Below, in pieces: positions 52,526 to 62,258 of a DNA stretch of 64,000 nt. Positions within the stretch are counted from its first letter, which is position 1, and each line of letters starts with the position of its first letter. Source of the stretch: Cyanophyceae cyanobacterium. GTDB taxonomy: Bacteria; Cyanobacteriota; Cyanobacteriia; Cyanobacteriales; Laspinemataceae. The notes below the pieces were generated by a model. It ran no database searches and had not been told where the DNA came from. It saw only the letters and a program-made list of their open reading frames with translations. The stretch covers positions 32,001-96,000 of the forward strand of contig JBBQFN010000010.1 in assembly GCA_038321985.1 (NCBI GenBank). Direction: 5' to 3'. Both the position numbers and the translations under genes were made by a program.

Positions 52526-52649
52526 GCTAAGTTCACACCTAGAAACTTGCTGAATTCCTCCCCTGTTTTTCAGGGGGTTAAAATTGATACAACTTCACTT
52601 TTTTTGTGCATCTATAACTGATAGATGTCGTAGTGTTCAGGTTAGTGAT

Positions 52650-53111
52650 ATGGCCGGAGTCCTCAAGCTCGATATCCAAGAAACTATTGAAGACCTTAAA
52701 AGCCTCTTGGCTAAACAAACAACCGCCAGAGGTCGAGAAAGAGTTCAATCTTTGTATTTACTAAAAGTCGGCCAAATCAGAACCCTAAAAGAACTTTCTA
52801 TTTTATTAGGGCGAGACACGGCCACTATTTATCGATGGTTTCAGAAGTACAAATCCCACGGATTACCGGGAATGCTGGCTGTAAAAAAAGGTCAAGGTCG
52901 AAAACCTGCCATTCCTCCGAATATTATAGAGCAATTAAAACAGAAACTTCAAGGGAATGAAAGGTTTAACAGTTATGGGGAAGTGAAACGGTGGCTCAAG
53001 GAGGAATACGGAGTGGAAGCCTCCTATAAGGTGGTGCATGAAACCGTCCGTTACAAACTAAAATTCAAGCTCAAACCTCAGCGCAAAAAAAGAGTGAAAG
53101 CCTCCTTGTAA
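52650..53111 (+). CDS. IS630-like N-terminal HTH / winged-HTH protein without a DDE domain
   Basis: MAGVLKLDIQET..LK.LL, ERVQSLYLLK, TIYRWFQKY..GL, GRKPAIP, FNSYGEVKRWL...ASYKVVHETVRYKLK; stops before any DDE domain. Confidence 0.8.
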   Translation: MAGVLKLDIQETIEDLKSLLAKQTTARGRERVQSLYLLKVGQIRTLKELSILLGRDTATIYRWFQKYKSHGLPGMLAVKKGQGRKPAIPPNIIEQLKQKLQGNERFNSYGEVKRWLKEEYGVEASYKVVHETVRYKLKFKLKPQRKKRVKASL

Positions 53112-53201
53112 ATATACGCTTTACCCTTTTTTTTAAGGTGACTTGTCGGGGAGTAGTCCGATTCCCCCCGCCTGTCATTGAATTTCTGTTCCTGAAACTT
53201 T

Positions 53202-53930
53202 CTACAAGTCTGAATTCATCCCCGCTACAAATCCCCGTCGGGCGTGAGATCTCATATTGTCTTCGCGCAGTTCCATTAAACACACTAATTCATCCCCCTT
53301 ATAATAGTCCGGGTTCCGTTCTAAGAAGTAGCGGACATCGGGTTTATTTTCATATCCGTCTTTAATATCTGCCCAACTTCCTCGCAAATGCCCTTGGGAC
53401 GTAGCAAACTGAATTAATCCACTTTTAGGGTCATAAGAGTTACCAAATTTTTTTTCAGCTAAATAGTCCATCAGCCGTTGGATCTCTGGAGGAGTCGGAT
53501 AACGATAAGTGGGATAAAATTGGTGAGCAAATAAGGGTAAATATCGATAGGTTCGGTATCCCTTTACGATTAAAAACCAATATAAAGGCACAGAAAAAGC
53601 CTGAGCTTTGATTTGACCGGCTAATCGGCACCAAGCCAGGGGGAGAGTTTGTTCTCCCCAATAGTCCCGATGCACGATGGTATCCCCAGAAAATATGGCG
53701 CGTCTGGGTTGTGCTTCAAATTCAAATTCTAAGACAGCTACGGTGGAAAATCCTTGTAATTTTTTTTCACCATCCCACAGAGCAATTACATAATCTTTAT
53801 TGATTAAGTCTTTGTGAAAAATGTCGAAACTGGTTCCTTCATAATAAATTTTATATAATTCATACATGGTCTGGCGTAGTTTTTCATCAAGGTGATTTTG
53901 CGGGATAATTTCTGCGAATAGCTTACTCAT
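53202..53930 (-). CDS. Hypothetical protein, possible GNAT-like fold
   Basis: GFST, FSGDTIVHRDYWG, YWFLIVKGYRTYRYLP, NPDYYKGDELVC. Confidence 0.75.
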   Translation of the reverse strand: MSKLFAEIIPQNHLDEKLRQTMYELYKIYYEGTSFDIFHKDLINKDYVIALWDGEKKLQGFSTVAVLEFEFEAQPRRAIFSGDTIVHRDYWGEQTLPLAWCRLAGQIKAQAFSVPLYWFLIVKGYRTYRYLPLFAHQFYPTYRYPTPPEIQRLMDYLAEKKFGNSYDPKSGLIQFATSQGHLRGSWADIKDGYENKPDVRYFLERNPDYYKGDELVCLMELREDNMRSHARRGFVAGMNSDL

Positions 53931-54250
53931 AAAAGAGGGGTTGATAATTTAGGGTAAAATAAATCCGGAAAGAATTGTACCGATCGCCCGAAAAATTTAG
54001 AGTTACCTGTTATCTAAAAAGAGCTATAATCTCCTTTAGAATCTACCTTATAAGTTTATCAAAAACCCGGGGGGTATGCCGAATTCCTTGCTAGGGGACG
54101 CGCCTTACAGGGTTTTGCAAACCGGGATTGCGGAGAGTGGAATAAAACCCCAGACTGAATTGGGTTGGACTTTCGGGTTCAAAGCCTGTCCCAGCCCACT
54201 CTTTTTTAGATTAAACTTTTAAAAGCAGATTGGGAATAAGCGGTTCGCCC

Positions 54251-54291
54251 AATGGTTAATCCCCTGGATCAAAGCCAGGGGATTAACCATT
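54251..54291. repeat. Perfect 17-bp inverted repeat
   Basis: AATGGTTAATCCCCTGG-7 nt-CCAGGGGATTAACCATT. Confidence 0.8.
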
Positions 54292-54515
54292 TGAATGCAG
54301 CACTCAGGCGGTTAGCTTTTCCAAGGGCAGACAAACGTAATCCGGATGCGGTCTCCTGGGGGGTTGAACCCCAAAACGCTAGAATCGAGCAGTTTAGCCG
54401 CAACAGAGAATTTAATAAAAGGGTTAAGAGTTCTAAATAAAGAGTTCAAATCCGATCAAAAAGGGCAAATCAGGGTGACACTGAAGAAGTTGAAAATTCA
54501 GAACTTGAAACGTCA

Positions 54516-56828
54516 ATGAAACGGGTGGCACTACTAATCGGAATTAGCCAACATGAAGCAGGAGAGGACGAAGACCCTGATCTACCCCCCCTGCCTACGG
54601 CGAAACAGGATGTATCCGCGATCGCCAAAGTCTTGCAGCATCCTGATCGCGGGGGATTTGCCGCAGCCGATATCCAACAACTGATCGATCCCGACTGCCA
54701 AAGTATCCGTTCTGGCATTGAGGTCTTGTTGCGCGATCGCCAACCAGAAGACTTGGTATTACTGTATTTTTCCGGTCATGCGATCGCCGACTCCACGGGA
54801 TCGCTTTATTTTGCCACAAGGAATACGACGCGATCGCACCTCACCTCGACGGCGATCGCCGCCGATTTTTTACAGGCACTCTTGTACACCAGCGTTGCCA
54901 AACAACAAATTATCATCTTAGATTGTTATTTCAGTGGAGGTACGGGGATCGTTGATGTCAAACAGCAATTGGGGGGATACGGAAAAGCCGTTCTCACCGC
55001 CTCAACTGCCTTTCAATCCCTGAACCGTTGGGGCGATCGCATTGCTCATCCCAATCCCGCCATCAACTGTCTGGACTATTCCGCCAAACAACATAACTTG
55101 GGACTCTCCACCTACACTTCCTATTTAATTGAAGGCATCGAAACCGGTGCCGGAGATCTCAATAGAGATGGCACAATCTCCCTAGAAGAATTGCACCACT
55201 ACGCCAGCCAAAACGTCCAAATCGTTGCCCCCGCCTTGCAACCGGCTATCTACGCACTCCCCGCCCTCGGCGCAGTCGCCCTGGCTCAATCCCCCACAGA
55301 CAGCCCTTACCAGACCTATCGGTTAGCGGTTGAAAATTTTCTCGTCCGCAGTGGCGGCACTCTTTCCTTACTTAGCCTCCGCAGCCTAGAAATTCGCCGA
55401 GAAAGCCTGGGAATCTCTCCCAGCGATGCTCTTACCATTCAAGAAACCGCCCTAAAACCTTATCGGGACTACAAAACCAAATTACAACTCTATAAAGCCG
55501 TTGTTAAATCCGTAATGGAACTTCAGGAGTTGCCCCTAAGTCCCGAAATCGAGCAAGATTTGCAGCATTTACGCCGGGATATCTTCGGTTTAGGTGAACT
55601 TGATGTCCGGGGAATTGAAGAATCCCTGTATCCTTCGATTTTGGAGAAAAGTTTTCCGTTCTTGATGGTAGCCTGGGCGAGTATAACCCTGGTCCTGGTC
55701 GTGAGCACTTATTCTATATATAAATATCTGACCAACCCAGTTCCCTCCCCCATGATCTCCCACTGGTTGGAATCTCTACCGATCCCCTCGATTTCCCTTG
55801 CGAATCCCGAACCCGGTCCCGAACCGGAGTCCGAAGTTAGTAACCCACCCAAACTTCCCCGGCAACCTAACAAAATACGGAGGCCCTTACCCCCGCGTCC
55901 CCCAGCGGTTCCCTTTCAGGTCCCGACAAAGGACCCGATCGCCCTCACGGGTCATCTCGGCCCAGTTCAGGGCCTCGCGATCAACTCCCAAGGATCCCTA
56001 CTGATTAGTGGGAGTTGGGACAAGACCGTGAAAATCTGGGATTTAGAAACCGGGGAAGTTCAAGAAACCCTGAGATCAGGACGCCCTAGTGTGATTCGAG
56101 ATGTGGCGATCGACCCTTATAGCCAACGCATTGCCAGTGCCAGAGATGACGGGACTATCGAAATTTGGCAGATCGATCGCCAAGGTACTGACTGGGTAGT
56201 GGAGTTAGAACAGACGATTGCCGCTCATGCAGGGCCGGTTTACGCGATCGCCATCAGTCCCGACGGACTCACCCTGGTGAGTGGGTCTCAAGACAATACG
56301 GTTAAAATTTGGGCTATAGAAACTGGGGACCTCCTCCATACCCTCACGGATCATCGCGGACCCGTGCGATCGCTCGCCATTAGTCCCGATGGACAGACCC
56401 TAGTTAGTGGGGCCGGAGATGCCACGATTAAAATTTGGGACCTGGAAACCGGCGAATTGCAAAATACTCTCACGGATCATAGCCGTTTGGTTCGAGGACT
56501 GGCAGTCTCCCCCGATGGTAAAACCCTCGCCTCTGCCAGTTGGGATCGCACCTTAAAACTGTGGGATCTCACAACAGGCGAGTTACAAAATACCCTCATC
56601 GGCCATACCGATTTAGTGGTTTCTGTGGCTATTAGTCCCGACGGTTCCACCCTGATCAGTGGCAGCGATGATGACACCATTAAAGTATGGGATTTGACCA
56701 CTCAAGAAGAACTTGCCACCTTCACGAATCACCTGAGTGATGTGTTTTCTCTGGTCATTAGTCTCGATGGCAAAACCTTCGCCTCCGCCAGTTGGGATCA
56801 AACCATCCAAGTCTGGCGATCGCCCTAA
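54516..56828 (+). CDS. Caspase-like (peptidase C14) domain + TM helix + Pro-rich linker + WD40 propeller
   Basis: KRVALLIGIS, LLYFSGHA, IILDCYFSG, TM FLMVAWASITLVLVVSTYSIY, about seven GH...WD repeats. Confidence 0.92.
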   Translation: MKRVALLIGISQHEAGEDEDPDLPPLPTAKQDVSAIAKVLQHPDRGGFAAADIQQLIDPDCQSIRSGIEVLLRDRQPEDLVLLYFSGHAIADSTGSLYFATRNTTRSHLTSTAIAADFLQALLYTSVAKQQIIILDCYFSGGTGIVDVKQQLGGYGKAVLTASTAFQSLNRWGDRIAHPNPAINCLDYSAKQHNLGLSTYTSYLIEGIETGAGDLNRDGTISLEELHHYASQNVQIVAPALQPAIYALPALGAVALAQSPTDSPYQTYRLAVENFLVRSGGTLSLLSLRSLEIRRESLGISPSDALTIQETALKPYRDYKTKLQLYKAVVKSVMELQELPLSPEIEQDLQHLRRDIFGLGELDVRGIEESLYPSILEKSFPFLMVAWASITLVLVVSTYSIYKYLTNPVPSPMISHWLESLPIPSISLANPEPGPEPESEVSNPPKLPRQPNKIRRPLPPRPPAVPFQVPTKDPIALTGHLGPVQGLAINSQGSLLISGSWDKTVKIWDLETGEVQETLRSGRPSVIRDVAIDPYSQRIASARDDGTIEIWQIDRQGTDWVVELEQTIAAHAGPVYAIAISPDGLTLVSGSQDNTVKIWAIETGDLLHTLTDHRGPVRSLAISPDGQTLVSGAGDATIKIWDLETGELQNTLTDHSRLVRGLAVSPDGKTLASASWDRTLKLWDLTTGELQNTLIGHTDLVVSVAISPDGSTLISGSDDDTIKVWDLTTQEELATFTNHLSDVFSLVISLDGKTFASASWDQTIQVWRSP

Positions 56829-57003
56829 TTCTCCCTAAAAATCCCTCACCTTAGAGGGTGGGTCTACTAGAACAAAGCCCGCGCCTGCGGGCTAATTCAA
56901 AATAGACTTATTAGCTCCAATTTCATTTAACTCCTGATCCAGGAGACGCGCCCTATATTAAAATCAACTAGAAACCCGTTGCCCACTTCAGGAGAAATTC
57001 ACC

Positions 57004-57726
57004 TTGCCTACACTTGGGGTTAATATTGACCACATTGCCACCATTCGACAGGCACGAGGGACGGTAGAACCCGACCCCGTTGCCGCAGCAACTTTAGTCG
57101 AACTCGCCGGTGCTGATGGGATTACTGTACATCTGCGCGAAGATCGTAGACATATTCAAGACCGGGATGTGCGTTTGTTGCGGGAAACGGTCCGCACCCA
57201 TTTAAACTTAGAAATGGCGGCGACGGACGAAATGGTAAAAATCGCCCTAGATATTAAACCCGATTATGTGACCTTGGTTCCGGAACGACGAGAGGAACTG
57301 ACCACCGAAGGCGGACTCGATATCACCGGACAACGCGATCGCATCCAGGGAGTGGTAGATACCTTACAATCAGCGGGAATTCCGGTGAGTTTATTTATTG
57401 ATGCCGACTCCAGCCAAATTGAAGCCTCAGTTCAGGTTCAGGCGCAATTTATCGAATTACATACCGGAGAATATGCAGAAGCTAAAACCGAAGCCGAACG
57501 CGATCGGGAATTGGCAATTTTAGCCGAAGGATGTACCCAAGCCGTCGCCTCGGGTTTACGAGTTAATGCTGGACATGGACTTACCTATTGGAATGTTTAT
57601 CCTATTGCCACCTTGTTAGGAATGGAAGAACTTAATATCGGTCATACCATTATTTCTCGCGCTGTCTTAGTCGGTCTAGAACGTGCCGTGCGGGAAATGA
57701 AACAAGCGATGCACGGGCAACTCTGA
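57004..57726 (+). CDS. pdxJ: Pyridoxine 5'-phosphate synthase
   Basis: [46 protein letters not shown]. Confidence 0.97.
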   Translation: MPTLGVNIDHIATIRQARGTVEPDPVAAATLVELAGADGITVHLREDRRHIQDRDVRLLRETVRTHLNLEMAATDEMVKIALDIKPDYVTLVPERREELTTEGGLDITGQRDRIQGVVDTLQSAGIPVSLFIDADSSQIEASVQVQAQFIELHTGEYAEAKTEAERDRELAILAEGCTQAVASGLRVNAGHGLTYWNVYPIATLLGMEELNIGHTIISRAVLVGLERAVREMKQAMHGQL

Positions 57727-58113
57727 GGGAAAGAAAGGCAAGAACTATTCTATTTTTAGGGATTGCCTTTCATAATTTTAAATCCCGATGATCTTCCCCC
57801 GATTAGCACTAGAACCCCTGGAGAATGCCAAGAAACAAGCGGATTTGAGTCTTTCGAGATCAAGCCATGGGATTGAGTATAGGAATCTCCTTTACCCTGC
57901 GGTTGTTAGAACAAAAATTTGGGAATTCTATTCGGCTAATTCCTCCCCTGAAAGCCCAAACACCGAACCCCATAAAGATTACCCCTGATAATTTGATAAA
58001 ATTTGCTAACAAAGTAGGGCGGGTTTAGGGTTGGGCGTTGATTTTTTTTCCCATGAGTTACTCTAATGTTGTACGATACTCAATCGAGACTTGTACAAGC
58101 CAAAAACTCTACC

Positions 58114-58437
58114 ATGCAAACCTATCACTACATTCTGGCTAGCCAAAAATTCTTATTAGAGGAAGAACCGTTTGAGGAGGTTCTCAAAGAACGGACGAGA
58201 CATTACCACGAAACCGAAAAAGAGATTGATTTTTGGCAGGTGAACCAACCGGCCTTTCTGGAAGCGCCGGAAATGGCTCAGGTGAAAGCAAAATGCCCTC
58301 AACCCTCAGTGGCAGTGATTTCTACCAATCCCCAATTTATCACCTGGTTAAAATTGCGTCTGGAATATGTTCTTACCGGCCAATTTCAGGCCCCCTCTGC
58401 TACAATTCCCGATCCTTTAGCCTCCCAAGGGAGTTAA
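58114..58437 (+). CDS. ycf54: Ycf54, MgPME cyclase subunit
   Basis: YHYILASQKFLLEEEPFEEVLKER, IDFW, FITWLKLRLEYV. Confidence 0.95.
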   Translation: MQTYHYILASQKFLLEEEPFEEVLKERTRHYHETEKEIDFWQVNQPAFLEAPEMAQVKAKCPQPSVAVISTNPQFITWLKLRLEYVLTGQFQAPSATIPDPLASQGS

Positions 58438-58490
58438 GGAATCCGGTAAACTGCCTGATTAATACTTCCGCGAGACCCCGGATCATAACT

Positions 58491-59165
58491 ATGCGGCTAT
58501 CCCGACTAACCCGTTTGAAGCGATCGCATTTCTGGCTGAACCCGGCATTTATAGCCCTGAGTGGGTTGGCAATGTTCGCCCCTCAGGGTAATGCTCAACC
58601 CACTTATCCGGCCTGTCAACCCCCCCTTGCCGACGAGTATCTTGTCCTAGTTCCCACGGGAACCACGGCTTCTCAGGAGGAGATTCGGCGTTTGATTCCT
58701 GGGGCGATCGAGACTACGGTTTGTAGCTATGTGAATGAAACTGTCACCCGTCTGGGTGGATTTGGAAAGGCCGACACCGCCCAAGAATGGGCGCAGTATG
58801 TCAATTCTCAAATCGGAATTGCAGCGTATGTGGTCCGTCCTGCGGGAGTGGCTGCTGTTACCCCCAGCCCTCTGTCGGTGGTTCCCTCAGCGGGGACCTA
58901 CAATCCGCAACCCTTGGGAACAGGTTATGCCGTCTTAGTGGATTTCTTTAGCAATCCCCAAGTAGCGGGCGAGTTGTCCCAAATCTTGAACACCGATATC
59001 GGCTTAGTTTCCTACGGACAGCGGCCTTATCTACTCGCTTCGTTAACGAACCAACAAAACCAGGCGAATCAAATATTGCAAACCCTGAGCGATCGCGGTT
59101 TTTTCGCAACCATCGTAGATAGCGGTAACGTGATTTTATTAGACAACGCCGTTCGCTTGGACTAA
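58491..59165 (+). CDS. Exported hypothetical protein (probable ATG start at 58491)
   Basis: Signal peptide ending GNA-Q; CQPP..EYLVLV; YNPQPLGTGYAVLVDF; SPOR-like repeats. Confidence 0.7.
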   Translation: MRLSRLTRLKRSHFWLNPAFIALSGLAMFAPQGNAQPTYPACQPPLADEYLVLVPTGTTASQEEIRRLIPGAIETTVCSYVNETVTRLGGFGKADTAQEWAQYVNSQIGIAAYVVRPAGVAAVTPSPLSVVPSAGTYNPQPLGTGYAVLVDFFSNPQVAGELSQILNTDIGLVSYGQRPYLLASLTNQQNQANQILQTLSDRGFFATIVDSGNVILLDNAVRLD

Positions 59166-59170
59166 TTCAG

Positions 59171-59213
59171 CCTCTGGTCCCTTCCCCCATGTCTTGGAGG
59201 AGGGGACCAGAGG
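59171..59213. terminator. Hairpin between convergent genes
   Basis: CCTCTGGTCCCTT...AGGGGACCAGAGG. Confidence 0.6.
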
Positions 59214-59235
59214 TAGCTCAAACTTTAATCCCGAT

Positions 59236-59691
59236 TCAATAGGTTTGACCTGCGATATAGGCAATACAAACCCCTAAAAGCGCCCCGACAATCACCTGAA
59301 ACGGAGTGTGACCGAGGAGTTCCTTCAAACGGGCTTCATTCAAATCGTGGTCTTCGCTAAAAAACTCATCCACGATTTGGTTTAAAATGCGAGCTTGCTT
59401 TCCGGCGGCTTGTCGGACTCCGGCGGCATCATACATCACGATCACAGCAAAAATTGTAGCGAGGGCAAACTCGGTACTATTCCAGCCAGCCGTTTGCCCG
59501 ATGCCTGTTGCTAACGCGGTAACCAAGGCTGAATGCGCACTGGGCATTCCGCCAGTTTCGACCAGAACCCGAAAATTAAACTTGCGATTTTTTGCCAATT
59601 CGATCGCTAACTTCGCTGATTGAGCGATCAAACAGGCTAGGGTTGCAACCAGCAGCACGCGGTTGTCGATGATATTGCCGATCTCCTGCAT
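59236..59691 (-). CDS. Divergent PAP2 family protein (DUF212)
   Basis: GGMPSAHSA, VMYDAAGVRQAAG, LKELLGHT. Confidence 0.93.
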   Translation of the reverse strand: MQEIGNIIDNRVLLVATLACLIAQSAKLAIELAKNRKFNFRVLVETGGMPSAHSALVTALATGIGQTAGWNSTEFALATIFAVIVMYDAAGVRQAAGKQARILNQIVDEFFSEDHDLNEARLKELLGHTPFQVIVGALLGVCIAYIAGQTY

Positions 59692-59706
59692 GGTATTTTG
59701 CGCCTT

Positions 59707-60633
59707 TTAATGACTGCGGTTGGTGATAAAGTCCGCGAGGGTAACCAGTGGTAGGGCTTTATCGCCAAAACTTGCTAGTTCGGCTTTAGCCTGCTCAATT
59801 AACCCTTGAGCTTGCCGCTGTGATTCTTCTAATCCCCAGATACTGGGATAAGTTGCCTTTTGCGCTTGCAAGTCTTTTCCGGCGGTTTTGCCCAACTCTT
59901 CCTGAGTCTTCGTAATATCGAGAATATCATCAATGATCTGAAAGGCTAACCCAATATTTTGGGCATAACGGGATAGTCGTTGCAAATCCTCTTCGGAAGC
60001 ACCTCCCAAGATTGCCCCACAAACCACACAGGCTTCTAATAAGGCCCCGGTTTTATGGGTGTGGATAAAATGCAGGGTTTCTACGGAAGTATCCGTCTTG
60101 CCTTCGCATTGCAAGTCTACCACTTGACCCCCAACCACTCCATCGGCCCCAAATGCATGAGCTAATTGGGCGATCGCCTGTAATACCCGAGTTGCCGGGA
60201 CATTTTGAGTTTGGGTTGCTACCACTTCAAAGGCATACACCAACAACCCATCCCCCGCCAAAATCGCGATATCTTCCCCGTAAACCTTATGATTCGTCAG
60301 CTTACCCCGTCGATAATCATCATTATCCATCGCCGGAAGGTCATCATGGATCAAGGACATGGTATGCACCATTTCCAAGGCACAGGCGGTAGGCATCGCC
60401 ATTTCTACCGTACCCCCAACCAGTTCGCAACTCGCCAAACACAAAATCGGACGTAGACGCTTGCCACCCGCCAGCAGGGAATAGCGCATCGCCTCATAAA
60501 TCGTTTCGGGGGCCTTTACCGGCAGAGATTGGTCTAATGCCGCTTCTACCAAAGCCTGCCGTTCACCTAAATAGGTTGATAAATCAAATTCGGATTGTTT
60601 CCTAACGGAATCGGTATCATTGGTTAAAACCAT
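59707..60633 (-). CDS. crtE: Geranylgeranyl diphosphate synthase
   Basis: [39 protein letters not shown]. Confidence 0.95.
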   Translation of the reverse strand: MVLTNDTDSVRKQSEFDLSTYLGERQALVEAALDQSLPVKAPETIYEAMRYSLLAGGKRLRPILCLASCELVGGTVEMAMPTACALEMVHTMSLIHDDLPAMDNDDYRRGKLTNHKVYGEDIAILAGDGLLVYAFEVVATQTQNVPATRVLQAIAQLAHAFGADGVVGGQVVDLQCEGKTDTSVETLHFIHTHKTGALLEACVVCGAILGGASEEDLQRLSRYAQNIGLAFQIIDDILDITKTQEELGKTAGKDLQAQKATYPSIWGLEESQRQAQGLIEQAKAELASFGDKALPLVTLADFITNRSH

Positions 60634-60931
60634 CCCTTCCTTCCTCGTACTTGTCTTATGAGCTTACGTGTTCCACCGCACCGAGGCGGTTGGCGTTGAT
60701 GATGAGCTTATGCTGCCTTAGGCAGGGTCTACAAGTCTTTTAGGTTACACCTTAAACCTTGTAAATCGGCTAACGTTCGCCTCTTGCTGCGTCTGGAGTC
60801 TCAAACTATTGTAAGGGTTTAAGGTATTTTTACGACTTGAATTTTCCGCCGAAAAAACCCTGTAAAAAAGGGAGTTCTCAGGGACCAATTTTTAACCACC
60901 CCCTCAGAACTCCCCTGTGAAAACTTAATTT

Positions 60932-61810
60932 TTACTCTAATTCCAAGCGCCGGATATAACTCTTGATCGTATTCTCTAAAAGTAGGGTCACCGTCATGGG
61001 TCCGACCCCACCGGGAACTGGGGTAATAAATCCAGCCACATCTTTTGCCGAGTCATAGTTAACATCCCCCGTCAGCTTGGATCGGCCTTCATAATCCGTC
61101 ACGCGGTTGATGCCAACATCAATGACAACGGCACCGGGTTTGACCATTTCTGCGGTGATCAGTTCGGGACGTCCGACAGCCACCACGAGGATGTCTGCAT
61201 TGCGGGTAATAGCTGCTAAATCGGGCGATCGCGAATGAGCCATTGTTACCGTAGCATCGGCTGCCAACAACATTAAGGCGATCGGTTTGCCCACTAGGAT
61301 ACTACGCCCGACAATCGTCGCTTGCTTTCCTCTGGGGTCAATGCCATACTCTCTTAGCAGGACCATCACCCCGGCAGGGGTACAACTACAGAGTCCGGGT
61401 TCCCCCCGCATCAACCGTCCCAAATTCACCGGGTGCAATCCATCAACATCTTTGTCAGGATGGATGTAATTGATCGCCGCTACTGCATCCAGATGGTTCG
61501 GTAAAGGCAGTTGTACCAAAATTCCATCCACGCGATCGTCTTCGTTGAGCTCCGCGATCGCCTGCATTAATTCTTCTTGAGTCGTCTTCTTGGGGAAATG
61601 CCGTCCGTATGAGGCGATGCCAACTTTCCCAGAGGACCGTTCTTTATTACGAACGTAAGCAGCAGAGGCAGGATTATCCCCCACCATTAGAACGGCCAAC
61701 CCAGGCGGACGACTGGCTTTCGCGGATAACGCTTCTACCTGCGATCGCAGTTCGTCTTGGATTTTTTCAGCGACGGCTTTCCCGTCTATAATAACGGCTG
61801 TTTTGGACAT
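60932..61810 (-). CDS. folD: Methylenetetrahydrofolate dehydrogenase/cyclohydrolase
   Basis: [43 protein letters not shown]. Confidence 0.97.
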   Translation of the reverse strand: MSKTAVIIDGKAVAEKIQDELRSQVEALSAKASRPPGLAVLMVGDNPASAAYVRNKERSSGKVGIASYGRHFPKKTTQEELMQAIAELNEDDRVDGILVQLPLPNHLDAVAAINYIHPDKDVDGLHPVNLGRLMRGEPGLCSCTPAGVMVLLREYGIDPRGKQATIVGRSILVGKPIALMLLAADATVTMAHSRSPDLAAITRNADILVVAVGRPELITAEMVKPGAVVIDVGINRVTDYEGRSKLTGDVNYDSAKDVAGFITPVPGGVGPMTVTLLLENTIKSYIRRLELE

Positions 61811-61912
61811 GATAAGCTTGGGCTTTGCTGGAATACTCCGGCTACAGCGGTGAATATTGTTCTCTTGATTGTCTCATAGTCTGACTCGCGCAGATGGGGG
61901 AGAAGTTCGTTA

Positions 61913-62188
61913 TAACGACTGAAGTCGTTTCTTCCCGTTTTTAGTAACGACTGAAGTCGTTTCTTCCTTTTTGTAGCAGCAAAAATCTTGCATCGCACCA
62001 ACTGGCAGGGGATCAAAACCTAGCCCTGTCAAGGCGTATTTGTAGCAAACAAGTAGCAAGCAAGGGGCGCAAGCATTGCGCCCCTACAAGAAACAACGAT
62101 TTTTCGTCATTAATTAAATTGACCCCCTTGAGAGAGAAACCCCTGAAAGGGTTACTACAAACGTTCGTAGTGACTCCTTTAGGAGTCA
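61913..62188. repeat. Cluster of REP-like hairpins
   Basis: TAACGACTGAAGTCGTTTCTTCC twice (61913 and 61945, 32-bp period); reverse-strand GTAGGGGCGCAATGCTTGCGCCCCT at 62063-62087; divergent GTAG hairpins at 62138-62158 and 62167-62188. Confidence 0.8.
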
Positions 62189-62258
62189 TCTTGATGTAAG
62201 CACCTTGAAAGGGTTAGGGTTCAAAACCCCGCCAGTCTGCAAGACTTCTCAATCCCTC

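Noticed and set aside
52584..53200. Intact IS630 element
   Set aside because: No DDE catalytic ORF, frameshift partner or terminal inverted repeats are visible.
57788..57988. 66-aa ORF between pdxJ and ycf54, and similar short overlapping ORFs in the track
   Set aside because: No RBS or motifs; most such ORFs overlap well-supported genes in other frames.
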